Positions 39,071 to 52,700 of a stretch of 64,000 nucleotides of DNA are shown here, in pieces. The translations under genes and the position numbers were made by a program. A model generated the notes under the pieces. That model was given only the letters and a program-made list of their open reading frames with translations, ran no database searches and was not told the origin of the DNA. The stretch's first letter is position 1; every line of letters begins with the position of its first letter. Source of the DNA: Dictyostelium discoideum (Eukaryota); the NCBI GenBank assembly GCA_000004695.1, contig CM000151.3:1184001-1248000 (forward strand), read 5' to 3'.

Positions 39071-39493
39071 TTATTATTATTATTATTATTAATAATTTAT
39101 TATTTAGTATTTTATTTTGTTTAGAAAAAAAAAATATACAATTATATATTTTTTTCTAACCAAAGTTAAATAATAATAAATTATTAATAAAAAAAATCAA
39201 TTATTTAATATGAAATTTATTAAATAATAAAAATAATAAAAAACCAATTAATTAATTTTTATAAAATTATTATTAAAAAATAAAAAATTATCTGATCAGG
39301 AATTGAAGTTATGATTGGGAACTTAAGTTAGGAAATAAAAAACGTGAAAAAAGCCCCTTTTTTTAATTTTTTTTTTTTTTTTAAAATTTTTTTTTTTTTT
39401 CGAATTTTAATATTTTTTTTTTTTTTTTTTTTTTTTTTTCTCAATTGATTATTTTCATTTATATAATTATTTCATTTTTATATAAATAAAAAA
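38755..39493. promoter_or_regulatory. Shared divergent (bidirectional) promoter region between eIF3L on the minus strand and eIF3A on the plus strand
   Basis: This 739-bp interval is more than 90% A+T and lies between two start codons that point away from each other. It has no ORF. It contains long (TTA)n and (TAA)n runs and poly-T tracts. Confidence 0.45.
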
Positions 39494-42400
39494 ATGTCAA
39501 CACAACAAGCATTAGCTCAGGCTAATGAACATGCTTTAAGCCAAGCAAATGGTAATGTTATTTAAATAAAATAAAATAAAAAATTATTTATTTATACTAA
39601 TTTTTCTTTTTTTTAAATATATATATATATATAGATTTAATTAAAGTTGGATCAAAATTAAGAGCATTAAGTGTCTTAAGAGATTTATTAAGTGATCGTA
39701 GTCAATGGCATTCAAGTTTAGAACAAATTATGTCATTATACGTTTCATTATGTGCTGAACAATTAGATTATCAATCATTAAGAGATGGTATTCATCATTT
39801 CAAAGTTTCAATCATGTCACAAAAGGAATTCTCAATTGTACCATTAGAAAATATCTTTAAAGAAATCATTACACCAATTGAACAAAAAGTAGACGAATTA
39901 AAAGAGAAAATTGAAAAAGAAAATCAAGAGAATCCATTAGTTGAACAAAATGAAATCTCACTCATTGATCCACAACAAACTCTCTTATTCTCTTATATGA
40001 AATATTTATTTGAAGCTTATAAAGCAATGATTGAAGTACTCACTCGTCAAAATACTAAATTTGAACATACTAAATTTGATCATTCTAAATTTGATTCAAC
40101 TTTACTTGTAAGTATTTTTTTATTTTAAAAATAACAAATATTTATTTATATATTAATTTTTATATTTATTTTTATTTTTTTTAAAAAGAAAATTTCAACT
40201 CAAGCATTAAATTATTGTTCAAAATATCAAAGAAAACCAGATTTTATGGTATTAACAGAATTATTTAGATCAAGTATTGAACAATTATTTAAAGTACCAT
40301 CATTGGATACAGTGAATACTCATATTGAAATTCGTTTCCATCAATTGACCGTTGCAATTTCATTGGGATTATATTTGATTGCTTACAAGTCAATTGAAGA
40401 TATTAATATTATGTTATTCTCATTGTTAGTTAAACCAAAGCCAGTAGTTTTAGCAACATACTATCAAAAGTTGGCTCAAGTCTATTGGATTACCAATGCT
40501 CATTTATTACATGCCTACGCATTATATAAACATTATGTTTACAATAAGAATTATAATATGAATTTCACACAAGCCGATTCTCAATTATACTCTTCAGTAT
40601 TATTGGTTGCTGCATTATCATCACCAATTCAAGAGGTTAATCAAAATCAATCATTATTACAATTTGATTCACAATCACAAAGAGCTATGGGATTGGCATC
40701 ATTGTTGTCACTCCAATCCATTCCAAAACGTGAAACTTTCCTCGTTGACGTTCGTAAGGTTACCAATGAAGTTTATCCAGAGTTGGCCGATCTCGCTTCA
40801 ATCTTTGAGAAGAAAACATCACCATTGATGTTTGCCAAGCTTTTAGAGCCAAAGATTAAATTCATCGAAGGTCACGCACAACTCTCTCAATACTTAAAAC
40901 CATTCCTTCGTGTAGTTTTCACAAAGATCGCTCTTCAAGTTAGCAAAGTCTACGAAGTTATCAAGATTGAAGAATTCATTAAATTGGTACCATTCTATAC
41001 AAAGACTCAAATTGAACTCTACCTTTTGGAATCAATAAAGAGAAAGTTAATCGGTGCTAGAATCGATCATAAGAATGGTGTAATTCGTTTCGGTCACTAC
41101 GACTTTGACTCTGCCAAAATCTCTGATCAATTATCAAACTTGGCCACTGGTGTTGGTAAAGCTTTGAATATGATTGAACCAGAAAAGAAACAACAACAAC
41201 ATGATAAACTCAAGAAAGAGGTCTACGTCAAGATCATCAATTCACTCCAAGATGAACATCGTCGTATTCTCGCTCGTAAGGAAATCATTGAAAAGAAGAA
41301 AATCTACATGGAACAACAAGATCGTATCAAGAAACAAAAAGAACATGAAGAACTTCAAAAGAAAATCCAAGAGAAAGTCGCTCGTGATCAACAACGTCTC
41401 AAAGAGGATATGGAACGTCGTGAAAAAGAACAAGCCGAAGAGGAATCACAACAAAATCAACTCGATCAAACCATCAATGCCATCGATAAAGCCAAGGTTG
41501 AAATGAAAGCCAAGATCGCTAAAATCGCCAAACAATTGTACATTCTCGAACGTGCCTACCGTGAAGAGGAATTACCAGTCGTTGAAAGCCTCCAAAAAAC
41601 TAAAGCCGTCGAAGATAAGCAATACTTTGAATCAACTCAAGCCGAATTCCTTAAACTCCATCGTGAAGTTCATGACCGTAATGTCACCGAAAAAGCTCGT
41701 CTCAACAGAATCGTACCAGAATATCAAAAATTCACTCAAGCCGTCATCGAAGAGAGAAAGAAACAATTACCAGCCCTTCAAAAGGAGCAAGAAAAGAGAT
41801 TCCAAGAGTTCCTCATTCAACAAGAACAAGATGTCCAAGAGAGAAAGGCAAAGAGAGAGAAAGCTCGTATCGCCGCTGCCCAAGAAAAAGCTAGAAAGGA
41901 AGAACAAGAAAGAGAAAGACTCGAACAAGAACATTTGGAACAAGAACGTTTGGAAGAAGAGAGAAAGAATGCTCCATACGTTCCACCATCTTCAAGAAGA
42001 ACTTTCAGAGACGACGATGATGAACGTGAAGAAAGTGGTAGATGGGGTGGTAGACGTGGTGGTGATGATTTCGGTAGATCCAAAGCTGATGAAGGTGATC
42101 GTTGGGGTAGACGTGAAGATGCTCCACCACCAAGACGTGACGAAGGTGGTGATCGTTGGGGTAGACGTGAAGATGCTCCACCACCAAGACGTGATGAAGG
42201 TGGTGACAGATGGGGTAAACGTGAAGATGCTCCACCACCAAGACGTGACGAAGGTGGTTGGGGTAGACGTGATGATGCTCCACCACCAAGACGTGACGAA
42301 GGTGGCGATAGATGGGGTAGACGTGATGATGCTCCACCAAGACGTGATGATGCTCCACCACCAAGACGTGATGATGCTCCACCACCAAGACGTGATGAAG

Positions 42401-42750
42401 GTGGTGATCGTTGGGGTAGACGTGATGATGCTCCACCAAGAAGAGATGGAGGTGGTAGTGGTGGTTTCGGTGGTAGACGTGATGATGCCCCACCAAGACG
42501 TGACGAAGGTGGTGATCGTTGGGGTAGACGTGAAGATGCTCCACCACCAAGACGTGACGAAGGTGGTGATCGTTGGGGTAGACGTGATGATGCTCCACCA
42601 AGAAGAGACGGTGGTGGTGGTAGTGGTTTTGGTAGAAATCAAGGAGCCCAAGGTGATCAAAACGATAGCTGGAGATCCGATAACAAAAAAGAAGAAAACA
42701 AAAAAGATGCTGATGGTTGGCAAACAGTTGGTGCCAAAAAGAGATATTAA
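39494..42750 (+). CDS. eif3A: Eukaryotic translation initiation factor 3 subunit A (eIF3a, PCI-domain, with a C-terminal R/D/W-rich decapeptide repeat array), 3 exons, ~1030 aa
   Basis: Exons are 39494..39551 (MSTQQALAQANEHALSQAN, donor G|GTAATG, phase 1), 39635..40107 (acceptor atatatatag|AT..; donor CTT|GTAAGT) and 40189..42750 (acceptor ttaaaaag|AAA ATT). Matches to human EIF3A are KISTQALNYCSKYQRKPDF for IAQQAFKFCLQYTRKAEF, EHRRILARKEIIEKKK for EHQRILARRQTIEERK, more than 12 tandem RRDDAPPPRRDEGGDRWG units for the human DDDRGPRRG repeats, and the end DADGWQTVGAKKRY* for DEDGWTTVRR*. Confidence 0.9.
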
Positions 42751-43401
42751 ACTCTTTATTCCACTCTTTTTTTAATCATTGTTTTTTAATTGTATATCAT
42801 TACTTATTATCTACATCTTTTAAAAAAAAAAAATCATTAAAATAAAAAAATAAATAAAAAAAAAAACTTATAAAAAAAAAAAAAATAGAACAAAACAATT
42901 AAAATCATAAAAATAAGTTAATGTTTTATTTGAGATTGTTGAAAGGATCGATTTCCAATCATTTAATAATTAGTCAAATATTTGACTATAGAACTATGAT
43001 TACTAAATAAAAAAGACATTAATTTAATTAATTTAAGCTTTCAAATAATTAATATGAATTTACCATATGGTAAATTTTGTGGGAAAGGTTAATACCACCA
43101 CATGTGGTTATTCTTCATATTTTTTTTTTTTTTTCCAACACATGTGGTTATTCTTCATATTCTTTTTTTTTTTTTTAAACTTATTCTATTTTTAAACACA
43201 CCTAAATATAATAAAAAAGCTATTTTTTTAAATTATTTTTATTATTATTTTTTTATTATTTTAATTAAATTTTTATTATTATTGTATTATTTATTTTGTA
43301 ATTATTAATATTATTTTTTTTATAATTTTTATTATTATATTATTATTTTTTTATTATTATTACTATTCAAAAAGGAAATATTTGGATAAAAATTATTGAA
43401 A

Positions 43402-43975
43402 ATGGTATTGATTTTTTTTTTTTTTTTAATTTTTGATTTTTTAAATATTCTTTTTCCTTTTTTTTTTTTTTTTTTTTTTTTCATTGTTGTAATTTTTTTT
43501 TTAATTTTAAAAATGTTTTTTATTAACACTGCTATTAATAAATTAAAAAAAAAAAGGAAATTAAAAAAAATAAACAGGAATTATTAACAACTGGTTTAAA
43601 TGAAATTTCAAGGGATTCAGTATATCAACCAATAATAAATATATTGAATAAAATTAGTAGTGATAGGAACAATTATAAATCATTCAAAATAAATTATTCC
43701 AAAGAAATTAGAGAGTTATTAGATATAATTAAACCAGCACAAAAATTAATTACAGAATCAACTCAAGTAAGAATAGATTTTATTCAGACAAAAAAGATTG
43801 ACCATGAAATATTTAAACCAATAATCATTAATATTGAAAGGGTTAATGAAATTAATTCTATTATAAAAGATAATGAAGAAAATGGTAGTGGTAAAAATGA
43901 ACAATTACCAACAACAACAACATCTCTAATGGATTATTCTAAAACAACTAAATCTCAATCATCAACATTATCATC

Positions 43976-44013
<38 letters not shown>

Positions 44014-47000
44014 ATTTAATAGTAGAATTAAAAAAACTATTAATAAAATATTCAGAACTTCATCAGATGTATATTAATCAACTTTTTGAAAAAGCAAACA
44101 AACGTGTAACCATTTTATTTGATGAATGTCCATTATTTATAAATGATAGTTTAATATTTAGAGAAATGGATTCATTAACAATGGTATACGATATTATATC
44201 ATATGATAGTCAAGAACATTGTTTCACAAAGAAATCTGAAAGAGGGACTTGCTCTGGTGTAATAATGAATAATGTATACTTTAAAACTGATAATGGCTGT
44301 GGATTACTTAGACCTGCAAAAGAGAATGCTGTATTTGAATTCTATAAAGATCTTTACCCTGAATCTTCAAAAGGTTCATCATTTGTTTCGCCAACTAGCT
44401 TTATGATTATTACTGAAATTCCAATTTTACCGTCATCTCCAATTGAATGTTCAAAAAGAAAAGAATTGATTGAATTTAAAAGTTTATATAAAACAAATCA
44501 TGCTAGATCAGTATACCTTAGAAATCTTGAGTTTGAACGTGATATTCTAAATTCAAGAGTTAGAACTAATGTATCGACCCAGGCTTCACTTTTAGTAAAG
44601 GGTGAACCACTTGATAAACTAATTGAAAAAAATCGTGATAGAATGGAACGATTTGAAGATTCATTAGATAATGAAAGTTTTGGTGCTCATATTTTATCAA
44701 GTTTATTATTGAATACAACAGATTATAAACCAGATAATATTTTCATTGAAAGTACTACAAATAAAATCATTGGTATTGATAATGATGAATGTATGGAATT
44801 TTATGAAATTCAACAAGGTGCAGATGGAAAACAATATGTCCATTTCAAAAATATATTATTTTTACTTAAGAAAAAAATGTCAACCAAAGTGAACCAAAAA
44901 ATTCGGGAACAATATTTGAAGCATCAACCAAATACTTTTATTTTATCTTGGTTATTAAAAATACTTGAAAAAGATAAGAATTATAAGAATTTAGTTGATT
45001 TAGCTTTTCCTGATGATCAATCACTACGTAATCAAACTAACAGTAGTTTAAAATTACCTTTTACATTTAAAAAAGGTTGGATAAATTCAATGTTATCAAG
45101 ATTTAAATTGATTAAAAGTTTATTAAAAATAAATAATTATAAAAATGGTGGGGAAATTGGTGGTGGCGGCGGTGGTGTTGGTGTTAGTAGTGGTAGTGGA
45201 AGTTTTTATGGAATAGTTAGTTATCAAGATTTATTTAAAGAGGTTTTGCCACTTGCATATATTTACTATCAACGATTGGAATCTGAAAGTATTGGAGACC
45301 CAATTAATCAAATTAAAATAGTATATGAAAGAGAATTTTCATTTGGAGATTTACTTTTTAAACATGATATTGAAGCAGAGCCAAATAAACATAAAACAAT
45401 GAAATTTGTTGAAAGTAAAGAAATATCAATTATTGAAACTATTAAAGAATTAATATTAAATTCAGGAGAAAATGATTTTGAATCACCATCTGATTTTATA
45501 AAATGGTTAGAACAAATTCTTATGTTTAAAAATTCTATTGATATTAGTAGTAGTAGTAGTAGTAGTGGTATTGGTGAAATTAAACTTCATGAATCATTTT
45601 ATAAATCAACAAAATCAATAATTGCAAATCTTTTTAAAGGTGAAGCAGATTTTAAATTAATTAATGATTTTATTAATTTTACAAATTTTAATATTAAAGA
45701 ATTATCAGAACCAACAGTATTTTCATCATCAAAAAATGATGATGGGGCTAATGAAATACAACAACCTTTACTTCATTCAACAATTTATTCAAAAAATTTA
45801 AAATTATTTGATCAAATCAAATTTATTATTAATAATTTAAATGTTAATATTGATTTAGTTAATGAAAAAGGTTTAACAGCATTAGATTTATCAGCAGAAT
45901 TAAATAATTTTAAACTTTTTATTTTATTAATTGAATTGGGTGGTGGTAAAGTTTTCAATTCATCAATTATTAGTAAATTTTATAATTCATTAAAAGCAAA
46001 AGAAAAATTAGAGTTTAAACCATATTTACAAGTTTTATTTCATACCAATCCAAATGCAGCATGGTGTATTTCTTTAAATTGTTTATTACCAGAATATAGC
46101 GGATCACAATTGGCTTTAAATAAACATATCAAAACCATTTCAACCGTTGTAAAAGGTAGAAGAAAAATTTCAGAAGAACATTTTTATTCATTGTTTGATA
46201 GATATGGAGAACCATTAAAAACAAATCAGTATGGTTCTAGTGCTGTACCTTCAATTAAAGATGAATATGGTAATTGTATTTACATTAAATTTAATCCACA
46301 ATTTCCAGGCACAGATATTGCAGTTACAAAATTATCAGAGTATTTATTTGGTCACTGTTCACCATGTTGTGAATTAGGTTCAATAGAAGAACTACCAGTT
46401 TTATTGGTTCAAGAGGTATATGGTGAACCATTAATTAATGTTTTAGAGAAAACACCGGAAATTATAGATAAACTTGATCCATTAAATATTTCAAAACAAT
46501 TAATAATGGGAATTTTAACAAATAATGCAGATGGTAATTTAGGTAATTTTATAATTACTTCAACACCTAAAAAACCAATTTCTAAATCAACAAATAATCT
46601 TGAAGAATCATGTGAAAATAAATTTAAAATTTATTCAATTGATAATGAACAATGTTTTATGCCATCAACTTCAAAACAAACAGAATCAGATACTTCACTT
46701 TTAAATAAATTTAAATTACAAGTAGAGACAGCAATTTTATTATTCAACCAAATGAATGACAATGTTCATCAAGAAGTAATTAAACGTATAAAATCATTAG
46801 ATATTAATGAATTTTGCGAAAAATGGTTACATTTTTTAGAGAAACAAAATTCATTATCATTGGTTCATTTTAAAGAATTGGGACAACAATTAAAAAATCA
46901 AAAGAAAACTATTGTCGGAGTAAATTTTATTAATGAAATGATGAAAACTTTTTATACAAAATTAGCAAGACTTCAACATCATTTAACAATTGCAGAAGAA

Positions 47001-49247
47001 AATATTACTCATTTACAATTATTAGAAAAATTAGAACCAATGATTGCAGAAAGAATTAAACCAATTTTAATTAGCTCAGCCAATGAATCAATTATTAAAA
47101 GATATTGGAAATTAAAAAATGGTTGTACACAAACTATTATTGTTAGAAATTCAAGTTATAATTTAGAACTTACTAGATCAAATAATCCTTCAGCATTTTT
47201 AGCACAACCAATTGATAAACTTAACCCACAAGATATTGAAAATCAACTTTGGGAAGGCCATTATGATCCTGAAAAAGCATTGAGAGAATTTAAAGAAATG
47301 AAAATAGAATTTTCAAAAATTAGTCAAATTTTTAATAATATTAATGATGGTGTCATTGATAGCATTTCTGATTTAGATTTAACAGAATTTTTAAAAAAAA
47401 CAAGTTTTGATAATTTAACAAAAGTCCAAAGTAATAAAATATTTGAAACTTTAAAATCAAGATCAATCAATATCATTCATATTAAGAATTGTGAATATTT
47501 AAAATTAAGAATTTTTAAACATTTTAATTTAGAGAAATTAACAGAAATTGATTTATCTGGTTGCACAAAATTGAAATGTATTAGAAATGGTTTAAATACA
47601 ACTTTAACATTGGCATCTCTAAAAATATTAATAGTTAGAAATTGTATAAAATTAATGGATTTAAAATTAAAAGCAGATAATTTAGAAACTTTAATAGCAT
47701 CAGATTGTTTTAAATTAAAAGAATTTGAAGTTAATTCACCAAATTTAAAAATTTTAAATTTAAATTCATCAATTAATAATCCTTTAATTTTCAATTGTTT
47801 AAACAAATATAAGAAATTAACATTTTTAGATATTTCAAAATCAAAGGGAATACCAGTGATTGAATTTGATTTTCAAGAATTAAAATTTTTAGATGCAAAA
47901 TCAATTGCAGGTTGTAATAAAGTAATTTTAGATTTACCAAAAATTGAATTAATAATTTTTGAAGGTTGTAAAGATTTGAGAGAAATTAAGTCAAAATCAA
48001 ATCATCATTTAACATGGAAGGCTTTAAAATCAAATTCAAATAAATTAATCTTTAATGAAAAACAAATTAATTTAAATTTAATTGGTCCAGATTTAAAAGA
48101 GTTACCAATTGGTTGTGAAAGTGAAATCGAATTAATTGATCCAAATCATTTTCAATTATATTATGGTGATGTTGATGAAATGAAAAATAATCAGGAAAAG
48201 AATTATTATAAAATTAAAAGTTTAGTAATTGGAAATATACCAAAAACTGTCAAATCTTTAATATTGCATGATTCATTTTGTCATTTATTATCACCTGGAA
48301 TAATACCTGATAGTGTAAAAACTTTAAATCTTTATGATATTAAAGCTCCATTAGATGTTGGTTCAATACCATCATCAGTAAAGAGTTTAATATTAAATAA
48401 AGGGTTTGGTCGTATACTAACAGAGGGTATCATACCAAATGGTGTTGAAAATTTAGATATATATGATATTAAACTTCAATTAGAGATTAAATCAATACCG
48501 TCATCAGTAATATCATTAAAATTTCATGATGGGTTTAATCATGATTTAAAACCTGGTATCATTCCAAATGGTGTTAGAAATTTACAAATTCAAAATTTAA
48601 AAAAACCATTGGTTATTGGCTCTATTCCTCAGTCTGTTAATAGGTTAACAATTAATCAATCAATACAATTTAAATTAATACCTGATATTATACCATCAAA
48701 TGTTAACTTTCTTTATTTATATGATGTTAAAGAAGAATTACAAATTGGTTCAATTCCTTCAAATGTAAAATCTTTAGCATTAAATTATAAATTTAATTCC
48801 CCATTATTACCAAAAATAATTCCAGATGGTGTGGAAACCTTAGATCTATATAATGTATTACAACCTTTACAGCGCGGTTCAATACCATCATCAGTTGATA
48901 CATTAACTATTCATGATGGATTCAATCAGATTTTAAGGAGATCAATCATTCCAAATAGCGTTAAAACTCTTCATCTACATGACATAAAACAAAATTTACA
49001 AATTGGTTCAATACCATCTTCAGTAAAAAAATTGATACTTCATGATAAATTCAATCAGAATTTATCTGTTGGTATTATTCCAGAAGGTGTTGAATATTTA
49101 TCTTTACATAATATCATACAAAATTTAGAAATTGGTTCAATACCAAAATCTATGTTACAAATTACATTTGAAAAAAGTTTTGATAAATCAGTACCTCCTT
49201 TTGTAATTCCTAGTGGCACTAAACTTTTATATGCAAATAAAAATTAA
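43402..49247 (+). CDS. Large FNIP-repeat / LRR protein (~1890 aa) with two atypical kinase-like catalytic motifs. The 5' end is modelled as an ATG|GT mini-exon.
   Basis: The main exon is open from 43578 to the stop at 49247, but it has no in-frame ATG before residue ~95 (the track's 'M' at 43644 is TTG). Proposed model: an ATG at 43402..43404 immediately followed by GTATTG, a 173-nt intron, and acceptor ataaacag|GAA at 43578 (phase 0). The body contains DYKPDNIFIES..IGIDNDECM and ADGNLGNFIITS..YSIDNEQCFM (catalytic-loop and DFG-like pairs). An LRR block is NCEYLKLRIFKHFNLEKLTEIDLSGCTKLKCI..LKILIVRNCIKLMDLKL... At least 14 C-terminal FNIP repeats follow, e.g. GIIPDSVKTLNLYDIKAPLDVGSIPSSVKSLILNKGF. 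Confidence 0.8.
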
Positions 49248-49469
49248 AATAAAAAAAAATTAATCATATTAAATAATATCAACAAAAAATTAGTATTTCT
49301 TTTTTATCTTTTTTAATAAATGAATTGATCTACTATTTCATCCTTATTCATTAATATTGAATCGATCAAGGGAAGTAATTATATTTGGAGATTTAAAATT
49401 AAACTTGTACATATTTATTTTATCAAAAGTTTATTTTTTCATCAGAATAAATAAAAATCTATTTTTAAA

Positions 49470-49512
<43 letters not shown>

Positions 49513-49761
49513 ATTGCGTTCCTGTTTTTAATTTATTAAAAAAATAAAAAAAAAATATTTTCAACAAAGCCCTATTTTTTTTTGATTAATTTTTTATTTA
49601 ATTTAATTACCAAGCACCAAAAATGTAATACGTTACTGTTTTTAAATTACTATTTTTTTAAAAAAAAATAATAAAAAAAAAAAAAAAAAAAAAAAAATCA
49701 TTTTTAAATTCGAAAAAATAAAAATATCATTTACAATTTTTTTTTTTTTTTTTTTTTTGAT

Positions 49762-52700
49762 ATGAATAAAATATTATACTATTTATTATTATTTATATTC
49801 TTCTTTGTACATTACCTTAATTCACAACCACAACAACCACAAGAACAACAACGAGAGCAACAACCACGACTACAACAATCACAAGATATCAATAATGATA
49901 TAATAAATATTTATGTAAATTCAAATTATACCAATAGCAATGGTAATGGTACCATAGTAAATCCATTTCAAAATTTATGTGTGCTTAATAATTTATTACC
50001 AAGATTAAACAATTTAAACAATACAATAATAATAATAAATATAGGATATGGTTTTTATGATATTAAAAAATGCACTTTTTCTCAATTAATAATAAAAAAT
50101 TATAACAATATAACTTTTATACCATATGATTTTAATAATGAGAATAATAATAATAATAATAATAATAACAATAAAATAGTTTTAAAAAATACATATTTAA
50201 TTATTACAAATTCAACAATTAATTTTCAAAATGAAATAATATTAAATTTAAATGGTTTTTCATTTTCTTTTAGTCACATAGAGTTTAATGATGGAGTTGA
50301 AATTAATTTTCAAGGAACTTTACCAACGATAAATTATTGTAATTTAAAATTTAAAAATTCAAAATTTAATTTTTTATACTCCACATCTCATATGGAATGT
50401 ACAAATAGTTTAATTGAATTCATAGGATCAACATTGGGAGGTGGGGAAATTATATTTTATTCAGGTTTAGAACCAATAAAAGATAGTGGTATTATATTTA
50501 GAGATAATAGTTTTTCAATAAAGAATAATTTGAAAATGGCAGTTTATAAATTACATGTTGAAAATTCAGTATGGATAGATTCAACAGTATCAAGTTTTTC
50601 AAGTATTCATTTCAATGAAACTAATATTTTTAAATCACAAAATCAAAATGATAATCAACAACAACAACAAATAGAAGAAGATAATCCAATGTTTTCATTA
50701 TCAAATCAAGATTTATTTAAGATTAATGTAATTTTAAATATAGTGAATTGTAAAATCAATTATATTGATCCACATCAAGGTGAGACAAGTTATTCAATGA
50801 TTTCAATTTTTTCAAGTTTTCAACCAGTTATTCAAATGATTTCAATAAGTAATGTGGAAATCTCAGGATTTAATAGTAAACAACCATTAATTTTTCAAAA
50901 AGGTGAATCAAGTTCATTAGAAATTAATAATGTTCTCATAGAGAATTGTACATCATTACAATTTATAGATTCACAATCTGGTGATATAAAATTAAGTCAA
51001 ATGAAATTTAGAAATAATAAATTTAAAATATTAATTGAAATTAGAAATTCAAATCTTTATTTCTATGAAACTGGAATACTTTGTAGTGATAATAATGATA
51101 TAGGTTTAATGGTATCTTTTGATACTACAACCTATTTGTTAACAGAGGATGTAGAAACAGCAATAACAACAACAACATATGGTCGTAATAATATTTTATT
51201 AGAGAATTTAGTTTTTCAATGTTCAGGTTTATTTAATTTCATTAAATCTGATATTAGAATTGAAAGTGTTAGAATGGAATCATCATTTAAAAATTCATTA
51301 ATTTCACTTTATAATGATTGTTCAGCACAAATATCCAATAGTCAATTACTTTCAAATTCATTTGAATCAAAGTCATTATTCTATATAAATTCAAGTCAAT
51401 TATTTATATTTAATAGTGACTTTAGTGGTAGTACTGCATCATTTGTTTCAGCATGGAAAGATTCAATAATTTATTTAGAATCTACAAGTTGGAATAAATT
51501 ATTCTCAAAGGGTAAACCAAATTTTATTATCGAGGAATCCTATTTACATATTACAAATTCAACATTTGATGGTGTTCAATCATCTAGTGCACTAATTGAA
51601 AGTTATAAATCATATATTGATATTAGTAATACAACGATTAATGCATTTGGTAGTAAATCAATTCTTTATAGTGAATCTTCTCAATATGTAATTCTTAGTG
51701 ATTTGGTTTTAAATGGTTGTTTCTCTCAAGATCAATTATTTTATATATATCAAGCTCAAACAGTTGATATAAAAAGATGTATTTTTAATAATAATCGTGG
51801 ATATGGTTATAATTTATTTAAATTTATAAATTGTACCACTGTGAATATAGAGTTTACAAAGTTTATTGGAAACTCATTCTCACCATTAATTCAAAGTTAT
51901 CAATCAAGTTTAATTTTACAATCGATTACATTGATTGGTAATTCAGGTTCGTTCATTAATAGTATTGGTGATGTCATTGTGAAAGTTTATAATTTAACTT
52001 ATACAGATAATTTAATAACCTATGACTATTTATTTGTTTCTGAAAATACTCGATCGATTATTCTAAATTCCATAACTATCAATAATAATTATTTCAATAA
52101 TTTTTTATTCATTTTTGATAATGTATCAAATTTATTTTTTAATGATTTCACTTTATCAAATAATCTATTAAGTGAAATCGATAAAAACGATACACCAATG
52201 ATACTTTTTCAAAATTGTCAAATCACTTCATTCATTAATTTCAATATTATTAATAATTCAATTTCAAAATCATTATTCAAGTCTACAAATTCTAGATTGG
52301 TTTTTGCTCGATTAATATTTTCATCAAATCAAATCACTGGTATTGATAATAGTTTCATTGATTCTTTAACTTCAAATATTATAATTACAAATTCAATAAT
52401 ATCAAATAATAATGGTAATTGTAAAAGTTTAATAAATTTAAATGCTTGTTCTTTAACTATAGATTCAACTAATTTCCAAGGAAATTATTTCATTCAAAAT
52501 GGTGATGGATCAATTATTTCTTATAAATCTATTATCAATGAAAAGATTGGTAATAACTTTTTTCAAATTTCAAATTCAATATTTTATAATAATTTTGGGA
52601 AATTTGGTGCTGTTTTTTCATTTTATAATTTCTCACTTTTAAATGATACAAAATATCCAATCATTAATAATAATAGTATATTCAATAATAATAGTTTTAT

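Noticed and set aside
41552-42775. Long ORFs in other frames of the eIF3A C-terminus (41552..42775+, 41992..42723-, 42005..42601-, 41174..41506+)
   Set aside because: They are consequences of the tandem 30/42-nt repeat and the purine-rich coding strand. The eIF3A frame is the conserved one.
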